Shown here: positions 1-11,884 of the stretch, piece by piece
Position numbering within the stretch: position 1 is the stretch's first letter
How the letters are laid out: every line of letters starts with the position of its first letter
NCBI GenBank assembly: GCA_002189035.1
Contig: CM007991.1
Location: 4,836,001-4,900,000 of the forward strand
Length of the DNA stretch: 64,000 nucleotides
Direction: 5' to 3'
Source of the DNA: Utricularia gibba
Lineage: Eukaryota > Plantae > Magnoliophyta
The notes under the pieces: model-generated
What the model was told of the DNA's origin: nothing
What the model saw: only the letters and a program-made list of their open reading frames with translations
Database searches by the model: none
Position numbers and translations under genes: made by a program

Positions 1-369
1 AAAAAATAAAATATATTTTAGAACTTTTCCAGAATATTTCTTATGACTGAAAAAAATAATTAGCAATGGAAAAAAGTAAAAATTAAAATAAATTGTTTGA
101 TATATGTATCACATAATATTGATTATCTACGAATAAGTTTATTTACTTGATATTTCTAGATATTATAAAAATGCAATATTGATTTGTTACTAACAGACCC
201 TATTTTTTGCATCTATCATTGCAAATTGATATCCCATGCTCAATAAGCTTGAGAGATCTAGTTCTTTAGACCTCCAAAGAGGAGCTAATAAGTCAGTACG
301 GGAGAGTAAGGTAAAATACAAACAACAAATAAAAGTAAGGTAAATAACAAATAAGGACGTCAGAGAAGC

Positions 370-1150
370 ATCGCAAATGCACATTCTAGTGCTTGATATT
401 TTAAATTTTTTATAAAAAAATGTAAGCATTGAAATGCCACATTTGAAATATATAATGAAATCTGTGCAATCCCACATTGGAGAGAATAGGGTTCTGCAGT
501 TAAGTGCAATCTGTGCAATCCTAGCTTATATATATATATATATATATTAATAAATGTATATTTGCAGTACTTGTGATATTTTTAATGTTTTATATAAAAA
601 AAGTAAGTACCTAAATGCACATTTGTGGTGCTTATAATTTTTTTATAAATGGTGAAGCACTGCCAACACACATTTGCAATCCTTGTGATATTACTAAATT
701 GAGAGAATCGCGCCGTGCTACTTATTTTTTTTAAATAATTATTTCTTTTATAAATGAGCATCGAAAATACAAATTTGTACTATTTGTTAAATTTTTATTT
801 TTTTTAGAGAAAAATATTACCACCCCAATGCATATTTGCAGTACTTGCAATACTTTTTTATAAATGGGGCTCGCAATTTTTTAAAAGAAAATGGGAAAAG
901 CATCGCCAATGCACATTTATTGTGATAATTTTAATTTTAGAGAATGGGTCGCCAGTTTAGTGCAATCCACGGCCCCAATTTATTTTTTTTAAATTTTTTT
1001 TCATTTTTAAATTACCATGTTGCTTTAAAAGAAAAAACATTTGAAAAACCTTCAATGAAGTCTTTGAAGTTTCCCATTTAATTACAAGGAAAAAGAATGA
1101 ATACAATTGTTTGGATTTGATCATTCCATTCGCCAACATGGTGCATTAGG
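370..1150. repeat. Degenerate AT-rich repeat array (~55-65 bp period)
   Basis: Recurring aatgcacattt / ttgcagtacttgtgatatttt / gagaat-gggtcgc motifs separated by T/A runs. Period estimated by eye. Confidence 0.35.
527..546. repeat. (TA)10 microsatellite
   Basis: Direct reading of the sequence. Confidence 0.9.
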
Positions 1151-1419
1151 GGCCAATGAATTACTAATTTTAGAAAATGAGATCATGCGGTTTAATGCAA
1201 TCTGTACTAACCTTTTTTTATTAAAAATAGTTTTTAAAAATAAATGAACACGTTGATTTATAAAAAAAACATTTGAAAGATCTATAATGAAATCTTTCAA
1301 CTTTATATTTAATTATTAGAGAAAACAATAAGCATATCGAATTTTTTATTTGAGTAGTGAGTTGGCTTTTGAAGGAACTATAGAAGCAAATGAAGATCGA
1401 TAACTTGCTAAATGATCTT

Positions 1420-1800
1420 TCAATCATCTGATACGACTTGCATCATGTTTGAGAGACAAAAATAATTCATGATGAACTGATTTTATGAACAAACAAAGAG
1501 CAACATACCATAAGGGATCTCCTTTCTCCATACCATCTATTGATTCCAAAACTTGGACACATTTCTCCATTGTGAATTTTCCTTTAAAGTAATATGATAA
1601 ACATTAAAATATCATCATTTCCTGTATAAATTTGGCAACTGAATCACTATTGATGGAGCATGCTTTCTGTTTTTTTTTTTTGGAAGATGTGAACTGCTGT
1701 TGCTCTCGTTGTTCAAATGTATGAAGAACTTCTTCATTGTAGGAGTATAGAAATCATCAAGACAAGGTATTAGTTAGGCATTCAAACCTGTTTATTCACT
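1420..1800 (-). pseudogene. C-terminal remnant of a PIF/Harbinger Myb/SANT-type gene
   Basis: Minus strand reads ...EVLHTFEQREQQ...KFTMEKCVQVLESIDGMEKGDPLWYVAL..., resembling the C-terminus of plant Harbinger Myb proteins. Contains stops. Confidence 0.5.
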
Positions 1801-2559
1801 GATTTCTACATCTCCATCATCAATTTCATGTGGCAGAATTCTTGAACTTGCAATGTACATCATTACTTATTCACTTTAAGGGAATGAAACATGTCAACAT
1901 CGACATAATATTTAACGAAAAACACAATTGACAGCAAGCTTCAAAGAAAAACAGAATTCATTTAATATAAATGAATATATTAAATAAGATCTTAGTAAGC
2001 GATTTCACTTAACGAGAACTCTGTTTTTGTTTTAGATTTTTCTTTTTTTATTATCAGCATTTGAAAATATTTTATTTAATTTTTAGGTGATTTTTAGTTG
2101 TTATAGTTAATGTTTTAATGTTCTTTTAGAGGAATTTTCTCCCTTTGGATTCTAAGATTCATAAGACTACAAGAAAAAATATTTGTGAGATGATTGTCCA
2201 CTATAAATAATGCGAAAAGATTTCTAGACACGTGACAGCGACACAAATTTATGTCTATTAAATGACAGTTTGCCAATGAGCTACGTGATTTTTTGTTGTT
2301 ATAGTTAATGTGTTTATGTTCTTTTAGAGGAGAACCTCTTTTCCCGTTCGATTCGAAAATATGTTCTTTTAGAGGAGGAGCTCATCTCCCCTTGGATTCA
2401 AAAATTAAGAGGAGTACGAGAAAACAACATTACGATAGGGAAAAAAAGACCAAAAAGTAAGCTGCTAACTCAATCATGGGCCATCAAAGTCAAATTCCCG
2501 ATGAACTATTTGAAAATACAGCGGAAGATTTGGAGAAAGATGGTGGTGATGGACACTTG

Positions 2560-2834
2560 AAATAAACATTACTAAACCCCCATTTCCAGGAAAATTATAG
2601 AGCAATGAAAAAAGGACTGAAGCTTAAAGAATAATTTTGAATTTAAATTCAGCAATGGTAATAATGAAAGTTGTTGATTATTTGAATCAAGTTCCAAAGG
2701 GGTTGAAAATTTTTAAGGAACTATGGTGTGATTCAAAAATTTTTTCAAGGAGAAGGATGATGTGATGATTAATGCAAGTATTGATACCCTTATTGATAGG
2801 ACTCCTTCCTAAATGTGATGATATAGGTATACAT
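2560..2834 (+). mobile_element. Old Ty3/gypsy gag-protease linker remnant, host of later insertions; continues at 9001-9076 and 17167-~17300
   Basis: Reads KVVDYLNQVPKGLKIFKELW, like VEYLRQVPKGMKVLKDL at 31644-32207. Rejoined empty sites read GIHLSTKIGGFSV and PMKVYEL. Confidence 0.6.
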
Positions 2835-4183
2835 TGTTAAGTGTCATTTTCTTATTATTTCTTAGGTTGTTTTTATGTTTAAATATGATTAGAAGTGCCT
2901 AATTAGGAGTCTATAATGTGAGATTTGGGTTTTTATCTAGTTTAGAGTAATTATCCTAAATCTTGTATTATATCTATTAATTTTACTAGTTTTAATTGAG
3001 TTTTTCTAGAGGCGCACACGTGGCAGGAAGTGAGAGAAAGAGGGTATCAGATGGCGATAAATTGGATCTTCCCGAGCTGACATTCCCTTGATTTCCGGAA
3101 GACTGCAGATGCCTAATCATGAGCCTTGACGTGCGGAACACGGGAGTCTCTGATAGGCAACATCATTAGCGTACCAGTGTCAGACGTTGCTTGCAAGTCA
3201 TCCCAAGTGCAGCAGAATCATAGGGACATGAAAGCTCAGACTCTCAATGAAGTTCAGTTCTGTTCAAACAAGTTTAGTTTTACTTTCAGTTTAGTTTTCC
3301 CTTTTTCTTTCTCTCTCTAGAGGATTTTTCCTCTAGCTTCTCTCTTGAACCTTGTTTGCGTTTCCTTTAGTTTGTATGGCCGTTCGCGGCTAAAAGCTTC
3401 CATTTCTGGGTTGGAACACCCCCAGATCTATGTATCGTTAGCTTATCTTCACATTTTCTCTGAATCCGAACGGGTTTTGTTGTCTTCGCGCGACTATGTT
3501 GCAGTCTTTCTGTAACAGTCCCCTTGTTCAAGGTTCATGGTTAGCTAATCACTACCCGCAGATTTTGGAGAGGAGCAAGGTGGAAAGCACCAACTCGAGC
3601 CCTTTTGACAGGAGGAAGACAATGTTTTGTCTGTGGCCGTACCTTAGGATCAATGGACAGGTAGTGACCTCGTATCTGGACTCATTGGGTCATTGGCAAC
3701 ACTCGGGCACACGCGCGCAATTCGGCCGTGAGGGTACACTGGCAGGACCTCTTATTCTCACGTTCGTCCAAGGCGGAGAAATATTGGGCTATTCCCGTGC
3801 CTTCTTGCAAGAGAGTGTAAGGGGGGGTAGGCAATTCCTTACTCCTATAACCGAGTACTCGAGAGGACCAGAGAAGAGTGAAGACGCAACGAACATAGCT
3901 GGACAGGATTCCAAACCCAGAAACATTTACTTTATTTAAGGTTCATCGCTTACGTTCATTTTAGTTGTTTGCTCAAAACCCCTCTCATTCCCTTACTCAA
4001 GCTTCATCATCAACGTTTCTCGCACCTTTTACCTTCAAAACCGTTTACAAATCGTGACAGTTGTATTCGGGGTGCCTCACCTTTCACTCAAAAACAACTC
4101 CCTGTGTTCGACACCCGTACTACGCTTTTGTGTTTTACGAGTTTTAAAAGTATTAAAATTTTTTGTGGAAATGACACGCATCA
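2835..4183 (+). repeat. 5' LTR of family A element (~1.35 kb)
   Basis: TG...CA ends. 3728-4183 is repeated at 8545-9000. PBS follows directly. Confidence 0.85.
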
Positions 4184-4189
4184 AATTTT

Positions 4190-4207
4190 TGGCGCTGTTG
4201 CCGGGGA
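4190..4207 (+). other. Primer-binding site (tRNA-Asp type, Athila)
   Basis: tggcgctgttgccgggga, one mismatch to TGGCGCCGTTGCCGGGGA, 6 nt after the LTR end. Confidence 0.9.
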
Positions 4208-4497
4208 GTTGAATTTTTTTGTGTTTGGTGTTGTGTGTGTGATTTTTGTTTTATCTTCCTTTTTGTTTTCTTGTCTTTTTCCTTTTTCTTTCTGTTTTTC
4301 TTCCCTTTCCTTGTTGTTTCTTTCCCTTGTTTCCGTTTCTGCTTTGTTTTTCTCTTTTTATGCAGCCAGGTCCACCAAGGGCTCGTCCAAGCCTGAGATC
4401 TTACAGAGAAGTTTTATATCCTTTGGACCAAGAGGTGGAACGAAACTTTCTTGCCAAAAAGAGAGAGTAGACGTCCTGTTCAACCACTAGAGACATC

Positions 4498-5820
4498 ATG
4501 GCAACACATGTACTCGTTGGAGTACCAATAGTGCCCGAGACCCAGGGAGAACAACCTGACGGAAACTTTCCAGTACTAGTTCCCACTAACTATGGACCAT
4601 CAAGGAGGAAATCACTGCAAATCATTTAGACCGTCCCTTATGCATCATCTTCGATGGAGAAGAAGACTATGAGCTACGTCCTTACTTATTCCAGATGCTT
4701 CGAAAGTTTGCTGGAAGGGAAAATGACGACCCCAATCGTCATCTACGTGAGTTGCACATGGCTTGTGCATCCATGCGCCCCAAGGGAGCTACGGAGAATC
4801 AAGTCAAGCTTAGAGTATTTCCCTTCAGTCTTACCGAATGAGCTTTGGAGTGGCTCTATGGACTTCCCCCTTCATCTATCGCCACATGGAAGAAGATGGT
4901 TCAAAAGTTTTTGGATCGCTATGCACCACTAGGAAGAGCTTCTGCCAGAAGGAGAGCTTTAACAACCATGATGCAGAGTGAAGGAGAAAACTTGCAAGAG
5001 TATTATGATCGTTTCAACCGAATCTGCAACTTCTACCCTCAGCATGGACTCACTGAAGGCCAGATCTTACAGCACTTCTATGAAGGATTGACTCCTATGA
5101 TCCGAGGACAGATGGATGCCGCTTGTAATGGATCATTATTAGCGAACCGTCACAGTGTTGATGCCCACAGACTCATTGAGCAAATGACTGCTAATTCCTA
5201 TTCCACAGCCAATTGTTATGACAACTCCTATAGACCACCTGGTGGAAACATTGGAATAGCGAAAGCGGTCTATGGAGTGGACAACTCAGAAGTACTGGCT
5301 CAACTTGCAGCAATGAGCGACACATTGAAGTTTGGTCTTCAAGCCTTGCTTCAACAAAAGGAAGGATATCAAGGAACCTCAAGTTCTATGCCATCTCACT
5401 TTGACTCTGGATCAAGAATTCCTGAAATGCCGGTGGAAGAAGTCAATGCCTTTTATCAGAACCAAGGTGGGACATACAACTATGGAAATTATCAGATGCC
5501 TCGAAGAGACCATCCTGGTTTTTGCTGGAGACAGCCAGCACCCCTAGTCAAGCACCATCATTAGGGAACCCACCTGGTATTACTCATCAGACTATCACTG
5601 GACCACCTCAAACATTGCAGATAACTTGACCTCCAGAACAACACATGGTTCCATATCAACTGAATCACAGTTTAGAGGCCATGGTCAAATCTCTCGCTGA
5701 AAGCACCTCCAAGATGCATGTGGAGCAGAAGGACATGAAGGGCCAAATCACAAGTATACAAGGCCAAATTACTCAGCTTGCGCAGGCAATGAACCGCTTG
5801 GAAACAAAATGAGGACTGCC
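4498..5820 (+). pseudogene. Athila gag (Retrotrans_gag), with stops and frameshifts
   Basis: KFAGRENDDPNRHLRELH...KLRVFPFSLTE*ALEWLYGLPPSSIATWKKMVQKFL...QSEGENLQEYYDRF; ORF 4845-5564. Confidence 0.85.
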
Positions 5821-5830
5821 ATCACAACCA

Positions 5831-6918
5831 GTGCAGAATCCAGAGCACATCAATGCCATCTTGCTGAGAAGTGGAACTGACCTACCAGACCCTTACCCAT
5901 GGTTCACGAACAAGGTAGACAGATCCGAAGAAAAGGAGATGGAGGTCATAGACAGTGATTTTGATGTCGATGAAGTAATCATTGGTGACGATCTAGATGA
6001 CTCACCACTGCAAAACAATGATGTTCCTAAGCCACTCGAAAATGTTCAGGAGAAGGAGGCAATTGAAATTCCTCAGGCCAAGCCTTTGGTCATACCGCCA
6101 CCCTCCCCGATGAGGCTTCGAAGAAGGAACAAGGACAAGAAAGGATTGAAAACTTTTATGGAAATGATGAAAAAGGTTAATGTTTCTATTCCTCTTCTTG
6201 ACATGATTGAACAGGTCCCCAAGTATGCCAAGTTGCTGAAGGACCTATGTGACCCAAAGAAGAAAGCAAAGGTGGAACAAGAAGTGATCCCTCTGACCGA
6301 AAACATTTCAACTATCATTCAAAGGAGAATGCCACATAAGTGTAAGGATCCCGGTATGTTTTCAATTCCCGTTACCATTGGAAATACAAAGATTTCAGTA
6401 GCTATGTGTGATCTTGGTGCCTCGGTTAATGTTATGCCTATATCTCTTTATTTGTCTCTTGCATCTAAGTTAGGCAAACTTGAACCGACGAATATTGTAT
6501 GCTACCTAGTAGATAGATCACAAGTTATACCGGATGGTAGAATTGAAGATGTATTGTTCATGTTGATGATTTAGTTTTCCCAACTGATTTTTTGGTTATC
6601 CCCATGGAAAGTGACAATCCTAAGGTTTCGGAGTCCATTATTTTGGGACGACCATTCTTGGCTACTGCAGGTACAAAGATTGATGTTAAAGCAGGCACCA
6701 TCAGTCTCCAATTCGATGGACAGGTGCTGGACTTCAATCTTGACCAAGCCATGAAGCATCCTGACCAGATCAGTGAGATATACACGATTTCCACATGTGA
6801 AACTGATACTGAGCACTATGAGATGATGCATGAGCAAGATCCTGAATACGAACGTGACACCAAAGTTTCTCAATCTGAAAGTTTTTCTCTTGCTACTCTT
6901 GAAGTTTTCCATCATTAA
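5831..6918 (+). pseudogene. Athila gag-pol linker and aspartic protease
   Basis: KCKDPGMFSIPVTIG...AMCDLGASVNVMP (catalytic D-[ST]-G-like motif); ILGRPFLATAGTKIDV. Confidence 0.85.
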
Positions 6919-6966
6919 GATGATCTGCCCAAAGAACCTGAAGTTCCAGATGGTTATTTTCTTTGC

Positions 6967-7473
6967 ATGGAAACACCTAGCGAACCGCTGGTGCCTTCTA
7001 CTATTCGTGATCCATCATTAGAGTTCAAAACATCACTCAAACATTTGAAACATCTATCCATTGATGGTTGTGATAGTTTTCTTGTGTTTATTGCGTGCTC
7101 ACTAATCATGGAACAGGAAGAGAAACTAAAGACGATGTTCCAGGAGCATGAATTGACAATTGGATGGATGTTAGTTGACATCAAGGAAGTAAGGCCTGCC
7201 ATTTCAACTCACCTCATTGGCTGGGAGCATGAGCTGGAACAAATTTCACTCACTGCCAACTCCAACCCATTCATCTACAAGGATTTGGTAAAACATCTCC
7301 AGGGTAACAGGTTGCCTGACCAAAACTTTATGGTTGTTCCGTCAGTTTTCCTATTTGGTACGAACTTGCAATCTTTTCTAGGAAAGCTAAGATGGAAATG
7401 GCTAGGAGCTTATAAAGTTATGCATGTTTTTCCATTTGATGCATGTTTGCTCTTAATCGAGGATCATCAGTAG
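6967..7473 (+). pseudogene. Residual pol: pre-RT segment fused in frame to the integrase C-terminal tail (RT, RNase H and integrase core absent)
   Basis: EQEEKLKTMFQEHELTIGWMLVDIKEV is followed within ~60 aa by FLGKLRWKWLGAYKVMHVFPF. Confidence 0.75.
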
Positions 7474-7817
7474 CGTACCAAGTCGGCCAACGACTTTAAA
7501 TTGGTGCTGCACGGGAGGCAACCCGTGAGTTAATTCTCTCTTTCCTCTTTTACTTTTGTCTGACGTCGCAGGTTCCCCAAGATTCTGTTGGGATTACACA
7601 CTATCCCACACATCATTACCGAGAGACGTTAAAATTTTGCTTTCCTTTCCCCTCATGATTATCCTCCTTGGGACCCTTCTCTCACCATAACTACCCATTT
7701 CCCCATTCACACCACTACTTCTATCACATTCCCCACTTTTCCGTAAGACATTCCCCACTTCTGCCAATTTCCAGTTTACCTTCTTCCTCACCTTGTGGCC
7801 CATCGTAACCCACAGCC

Positions 7818-8544
7818 ATGAAGGGAACATCCTCTGCTTCATCTCTTCGTACCTCTGTTAGGAAACCCCGCACAGCCAGGCAACGCCAGGCCATCACTGA
7901 AGGTCCATCACGGAGGAACCAACAGCGTTTTGCTTCACCCTCACCCAGACCTCACAAACGCCAGTTTGTGCCTCCACCGGAAACTTCACCCTGGGAGATT
8001 TCTCCGTTGTTTTCCCCAGTCCCTTTAGCCGTACTCCCTCCTATTTTGTACCTTCCATGGAAAGACGAGGATTCTTCGGCAGCCCAAGAGATGCACGCTG
8101 CAACCCCGGAGAGAGAAGCCATATCAGAACCTGTTGAAGAGGAGACACCAGAGCAAGACCCCGTTGCAACCTAGACTCATACCGATAGCTCTGATGAAGA
8201 TTTTCGACTGGACAACTTGGAGGAAGAAGACGAAGAAACTGAAGTGGAAGAGGCGTCTAGCCCACCAACTGCTGCAAACAGACGCTCACCCCATGAGGAA
8301 GGGGAAGGTAAAGATGATAATATTGATTCTGAAGTGGATTTGTGGATTGCAGAAATGCAGGGAGCTGCTAACGAAGGACCACCACTAACATTCCAAGACG
8401 GGGAGCAGGCCATCAACGAAGAACCTCTCATTTCCTTTCGTTTGGGTGGGAAAGACTTTGAACTTTATGTTAATGATTTTAATGTTGCTCTTGGCTTGGT
8501 GTCTGAGGATGAACTTACTTCTGCTCGATATTTGCAAGCTTGTT
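7818..8544 (+). pseudogene. Athila extra 3' ORF (ORF-1/env-like), one in-frame stop, truncated
   Basis: ORFs 7818-8174 and 8217-8756 share a frame. ISFRLGGKDFELYVNDFNVALGL motif. Lies downstream of the conserved post-pol ...gggaggcaaccc motif. Confidence 0.65.
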
Positions 8545-9000
8545 GTGAGGGTACGCTGGCAGGACCTCTTATTCTCACGTTCGTCCAAGGAGGAGCAACA
8601 TCGGGCTATTCCTGTGCCTTCTTGCAAGAGAGTGTAAGGGAGGGTAGGCAATTCCTTACTCCTATAACCGAGTACTCGAGAGGACCAGAGAAGAGTGAAG
8701 ACACAACGAACATAACTGGACATGATTCCAAACCCAGAAACATTTACTTTATTTAAGGTTCATCACTTACGTTCATTTTAGTTGTTTGCTCAAAACCCCT
8801 CTCATTCCCTTACTCAAGCTTCATCATCAATGTTTCTCGCACCTTTTACCTTCAAAACCATTTACAAATCGTGACAGTTGTATTCGGGGTGCCTCACCTT
8901 TCACTCAAAAAGAACTCCTTGTGTTCGACACCCGTACTACGCTTTTGTGTTTTATGAGTTTTAAAAGTATTAAATTTTTTTGTGGAAATGACACGCATCA
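8545..9000 (+). repeat. 5'-truncated 3' LTR of family A element
   Basis: Near-identical to 3728-4183. No PPT or U3 start. Confidence 0.85.
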
Positions 9001-9600
9001 ACATTTATCTACAAAAATTGGAGGATTTAGTGTTTAAGGTTAGACAAGGGATGTTTAAACATGGTGTTTCCAATGAGGGCGCGTTTGGTTGCAGGTTTTA
9101 GGTGGGTTACGGCGTGGGTTTAGTCATAAACCCACGTTTGGTTCGTGGGTTTCAGGTGGGTAAAAACAAACCCACTTGTTGACCATAAACCAGGTGGGAA
9201 CCCGTGGAGCTGGGTTTAGCTAAACCCAACTCGGCACTTCCAATTTTGCCCTCACGTGAACTACATTTGAATGCAGGTCTACAACCCAGAATTTGTTCGT
9301 GCTTTGCCAGTAGCGTCGCCTGTTCAAGCGTAAGAGGATGGTCTTTCGGTAAGTATGCTTTCTGCTCTTGGTGGGTTGGTCCACGGTAGCACCACGAGGG
9401 GCCGACTACGCCAGCACCGCATAGTGGATTTTTATCTGTGAATTTCCAATTTCAGAATCTGTGGTGCTGTTTCCGTGAACCAATTTTGCTCAATTTTTGT
9501 GACTGTTGAGGGGACATGGATTTTGAAACGGAGGGTCATGTTATCTTGAGTGCGGCAGCGGTAGTTTTGACTGAATACTTGGTGCAGATGAATGTGTTAG

Positions 9601-11101
9601 TGTTGGGTTTCTCGTATACATCGTATGTCTCAAAAGCAGCGGAATTTTAAAATTTTGAGAAACCCCCAACGCAGATCTTGGAATACAGTATACATCAGAC
9701 TAAGGGATGCTGAAATACCTTTCAGATGACTCTGTTGTTCACCAACCGCCAATAGGAGACAGCCTCTATGGTATCCACACGTGGAGCACTCCGTCGATAA
9801 CCTTCTCAAGGCTCTTGAATGCTGGTCGAATTCCTCAGGTGCTGGGTAGAGAAAAAACGCCTCCTTGTGGATTAGTCTCAGAGAGCACGAAAACCCATGG
9901 AGCAGATCTCAAGATCTAAATCTTTTGATAGATATATGGTAACATATCAAATCATATCTCCGTAAAGATCTTATCTTGTGGAGATATGTATATGTTCCAA
10001 ATCTTATCTATATATGATCTTTCATTTTGAGTTTAATCAATATTAATCTCAAAATAACTCTCAATGTAATTTATCCACTTTACCAATTACATCTCATGTA
10101 ATTGTGTCATTCTATTTTATATCGTTGAGTGACTCCACTATTGTGTGTGACCCTATAGGCTTCTTCAATCAAAGCCGTAATATTGGATTTATTAATTAAC
10201 TCTTAATTAATCAAATCCATCATTATCGATCATGAGTGATGTCTAGCAACACATCATGATCCCAAGATGTAAGAATAATCAGGTGAACTTATTGAGCCTT
10301 TCCATGACTAGCCACCATGCAATGAACAGCTTTCATCATACTTATATCTCATTCGATACTAGAACATGGGTGTGTGTCTTTCTGAGGTATGGAACTTATA
10401 ATTGCATTCAAGCACTAACACTCAATGACCTACTCAAACAATTCGAGTGTCATTACCCTAGGCCCAGGACTTACTGTTAGGCTTTGATGCAATTACTTGA
10501 GATATGATCTCATCGCTAACATGAGTGATGAATCCTTTATTGATCAATCAACTATCTCCAGCCTTAAGGAGTCACATCCCTACTCATCCATACTAGGCAA
10601 GCCATGGTTAGGCTCTCATTAGTAATGAGCGAAAATGCGAGATTAAGATCAAGATAACTTTGTTGACCTCAAGTCTAAGTTTAATTGCACGGCTGTCATA
10701 TTCGAGATCTTGCTATTGACACTTGGTTAGCTTCCCATAGTAGCATCTCGAAGATGAGTCATCCAGTGAATCGATTCTCTAATTGACACCCACACATAGG
10801 TTCTAGTAATCTCATTACATCAATTGTGAGAACCATTGCCTAAACAATTTAGGGAACTCAATGTGTGCCAGCTTATCCGTATTTGTGATATCCTCATTTC
10901 AAAAATACTCTAGCTAGGGAGTTTTTAACTTGATCATGAGTGCTTGAAGAATCTCACATTATGATCTCATCATAATTTCTATAGCACATAGATCAACTAG
11001 AGGATTTTATCAATGATATAAATTTGATCACAATTCAAAGTAAATATCATAAGATAAGATTTACCAATGAGTTGATTGTCTCTAGAACACATACACTAAC
11101 A
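9601..11101 (-). mobile_element. Solo LTR of the Angela-like copia family
   Basis: tgttggg...cactaaca ends; GTTAG TSD at 9596-9600 and 11102-11106; homologous to 56794-58292. Confidence 0.93.
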
Positions 11102-11884
11102 GTTAGTATACTTACATTGGAGGAAATACCGTAGGGGACATAGGCTAAGACGCAAGTATTCACTTACACACAAGATTCCTAGAGAAGTTGAGTTTATTAG
11201 TAGGTTGGTGAGTGATGTGAACAGCGTATCCATTGAGAATTTGAGAATCAGCCGAGATGCATTGGGTGTTTTATGCATTGGTTATTGTTGTTGTTAATGC
11301 AAAGAACTGTATGTGTGCTATATCCAAGATTCATGCATTTTTAAGGAATTTATCGATGGTATGTGTTCCACATAAGAAAAAGGTATTTGACCTACATTCA
11401 ATCAAAATCTAAGGGCACATTTGGTTGCTGGGTTTAGGTGGGTTGCGGCGTGGGTTTAGTCATAAACCCACGTTTGGTTTGTGGGTTTCAGGTGGGTAAA
11501 AATAAACCCACCTGTTGACCATAAACCAGGCAGGAACCCGTGGAGCTGGGTTTCGCTAAACCCAGGGGGGGGGGGGGTCGGTTTAGCTAAACCCTTCTCG
11601 GCACTTCCACTTTTGCCCTCGTGTGAACTGCATTTGAACGCAAGTCTACAACCCAGAATTCGTTCGTGCTTTTACAGTGGCGTCGCCTGTTCGAGCGCAA
11701 GAGGGTGGGTCTTTCGGTAACTATGCTTTCTGTTCTTGGTGGGTTGGTCCACGATAGCACCGCGAGGGGCCAACCACGGCAGCACCGCGCTTGTGGATTT
11801 TTATCTGTGAATTTCCAATTTCAGAATCTGTGGTGCTGTTTCAGTGAACCTATTTTGCTCAATTTTGGTGACTGTTGAAGGGAC

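Larger units (their letters stand above)
2835..9000 (+). mobile_element. Non-autonomous Athila-type Ty3/gypsy LTR retrotransposon (family A)
   Basis: Starts tgttaagtgtcattttc and ends ggaaatgacacgcatca (imperfect terminal inverted repeat). acatt lies at 2831-2835 and 9001-9005. Has a tRNA-Asp PBS, gag, protease and an extra 3' ORF. Confidence 0.85.

Noticed and set aside
4190-4207. tRNA-like sequence (also 43441-43458)
   Set aside because: Only the 18-nt PBS is present; no cloverleaf, so not a tRNA gene.
3496-4490. ORFs of 147 and 173 aa at 3496-3939 and 3969-4490, with echoes at 8786-9037 and 43404-43679
   Set aside because: They lie in LTR and 5' UTR sequence, have no domain motifs, and the phenylalanine/serine-rich parts come from pyrimidine tracts.
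9707-9919. Recurrent short ORFs MLKYLSDDS... and MRRLSTECS... (also 28996, 43947, 44042, 51723, 51854)
   Set aside because: They recur only because the same LTR recurs; lengths vary and there are no motifs.
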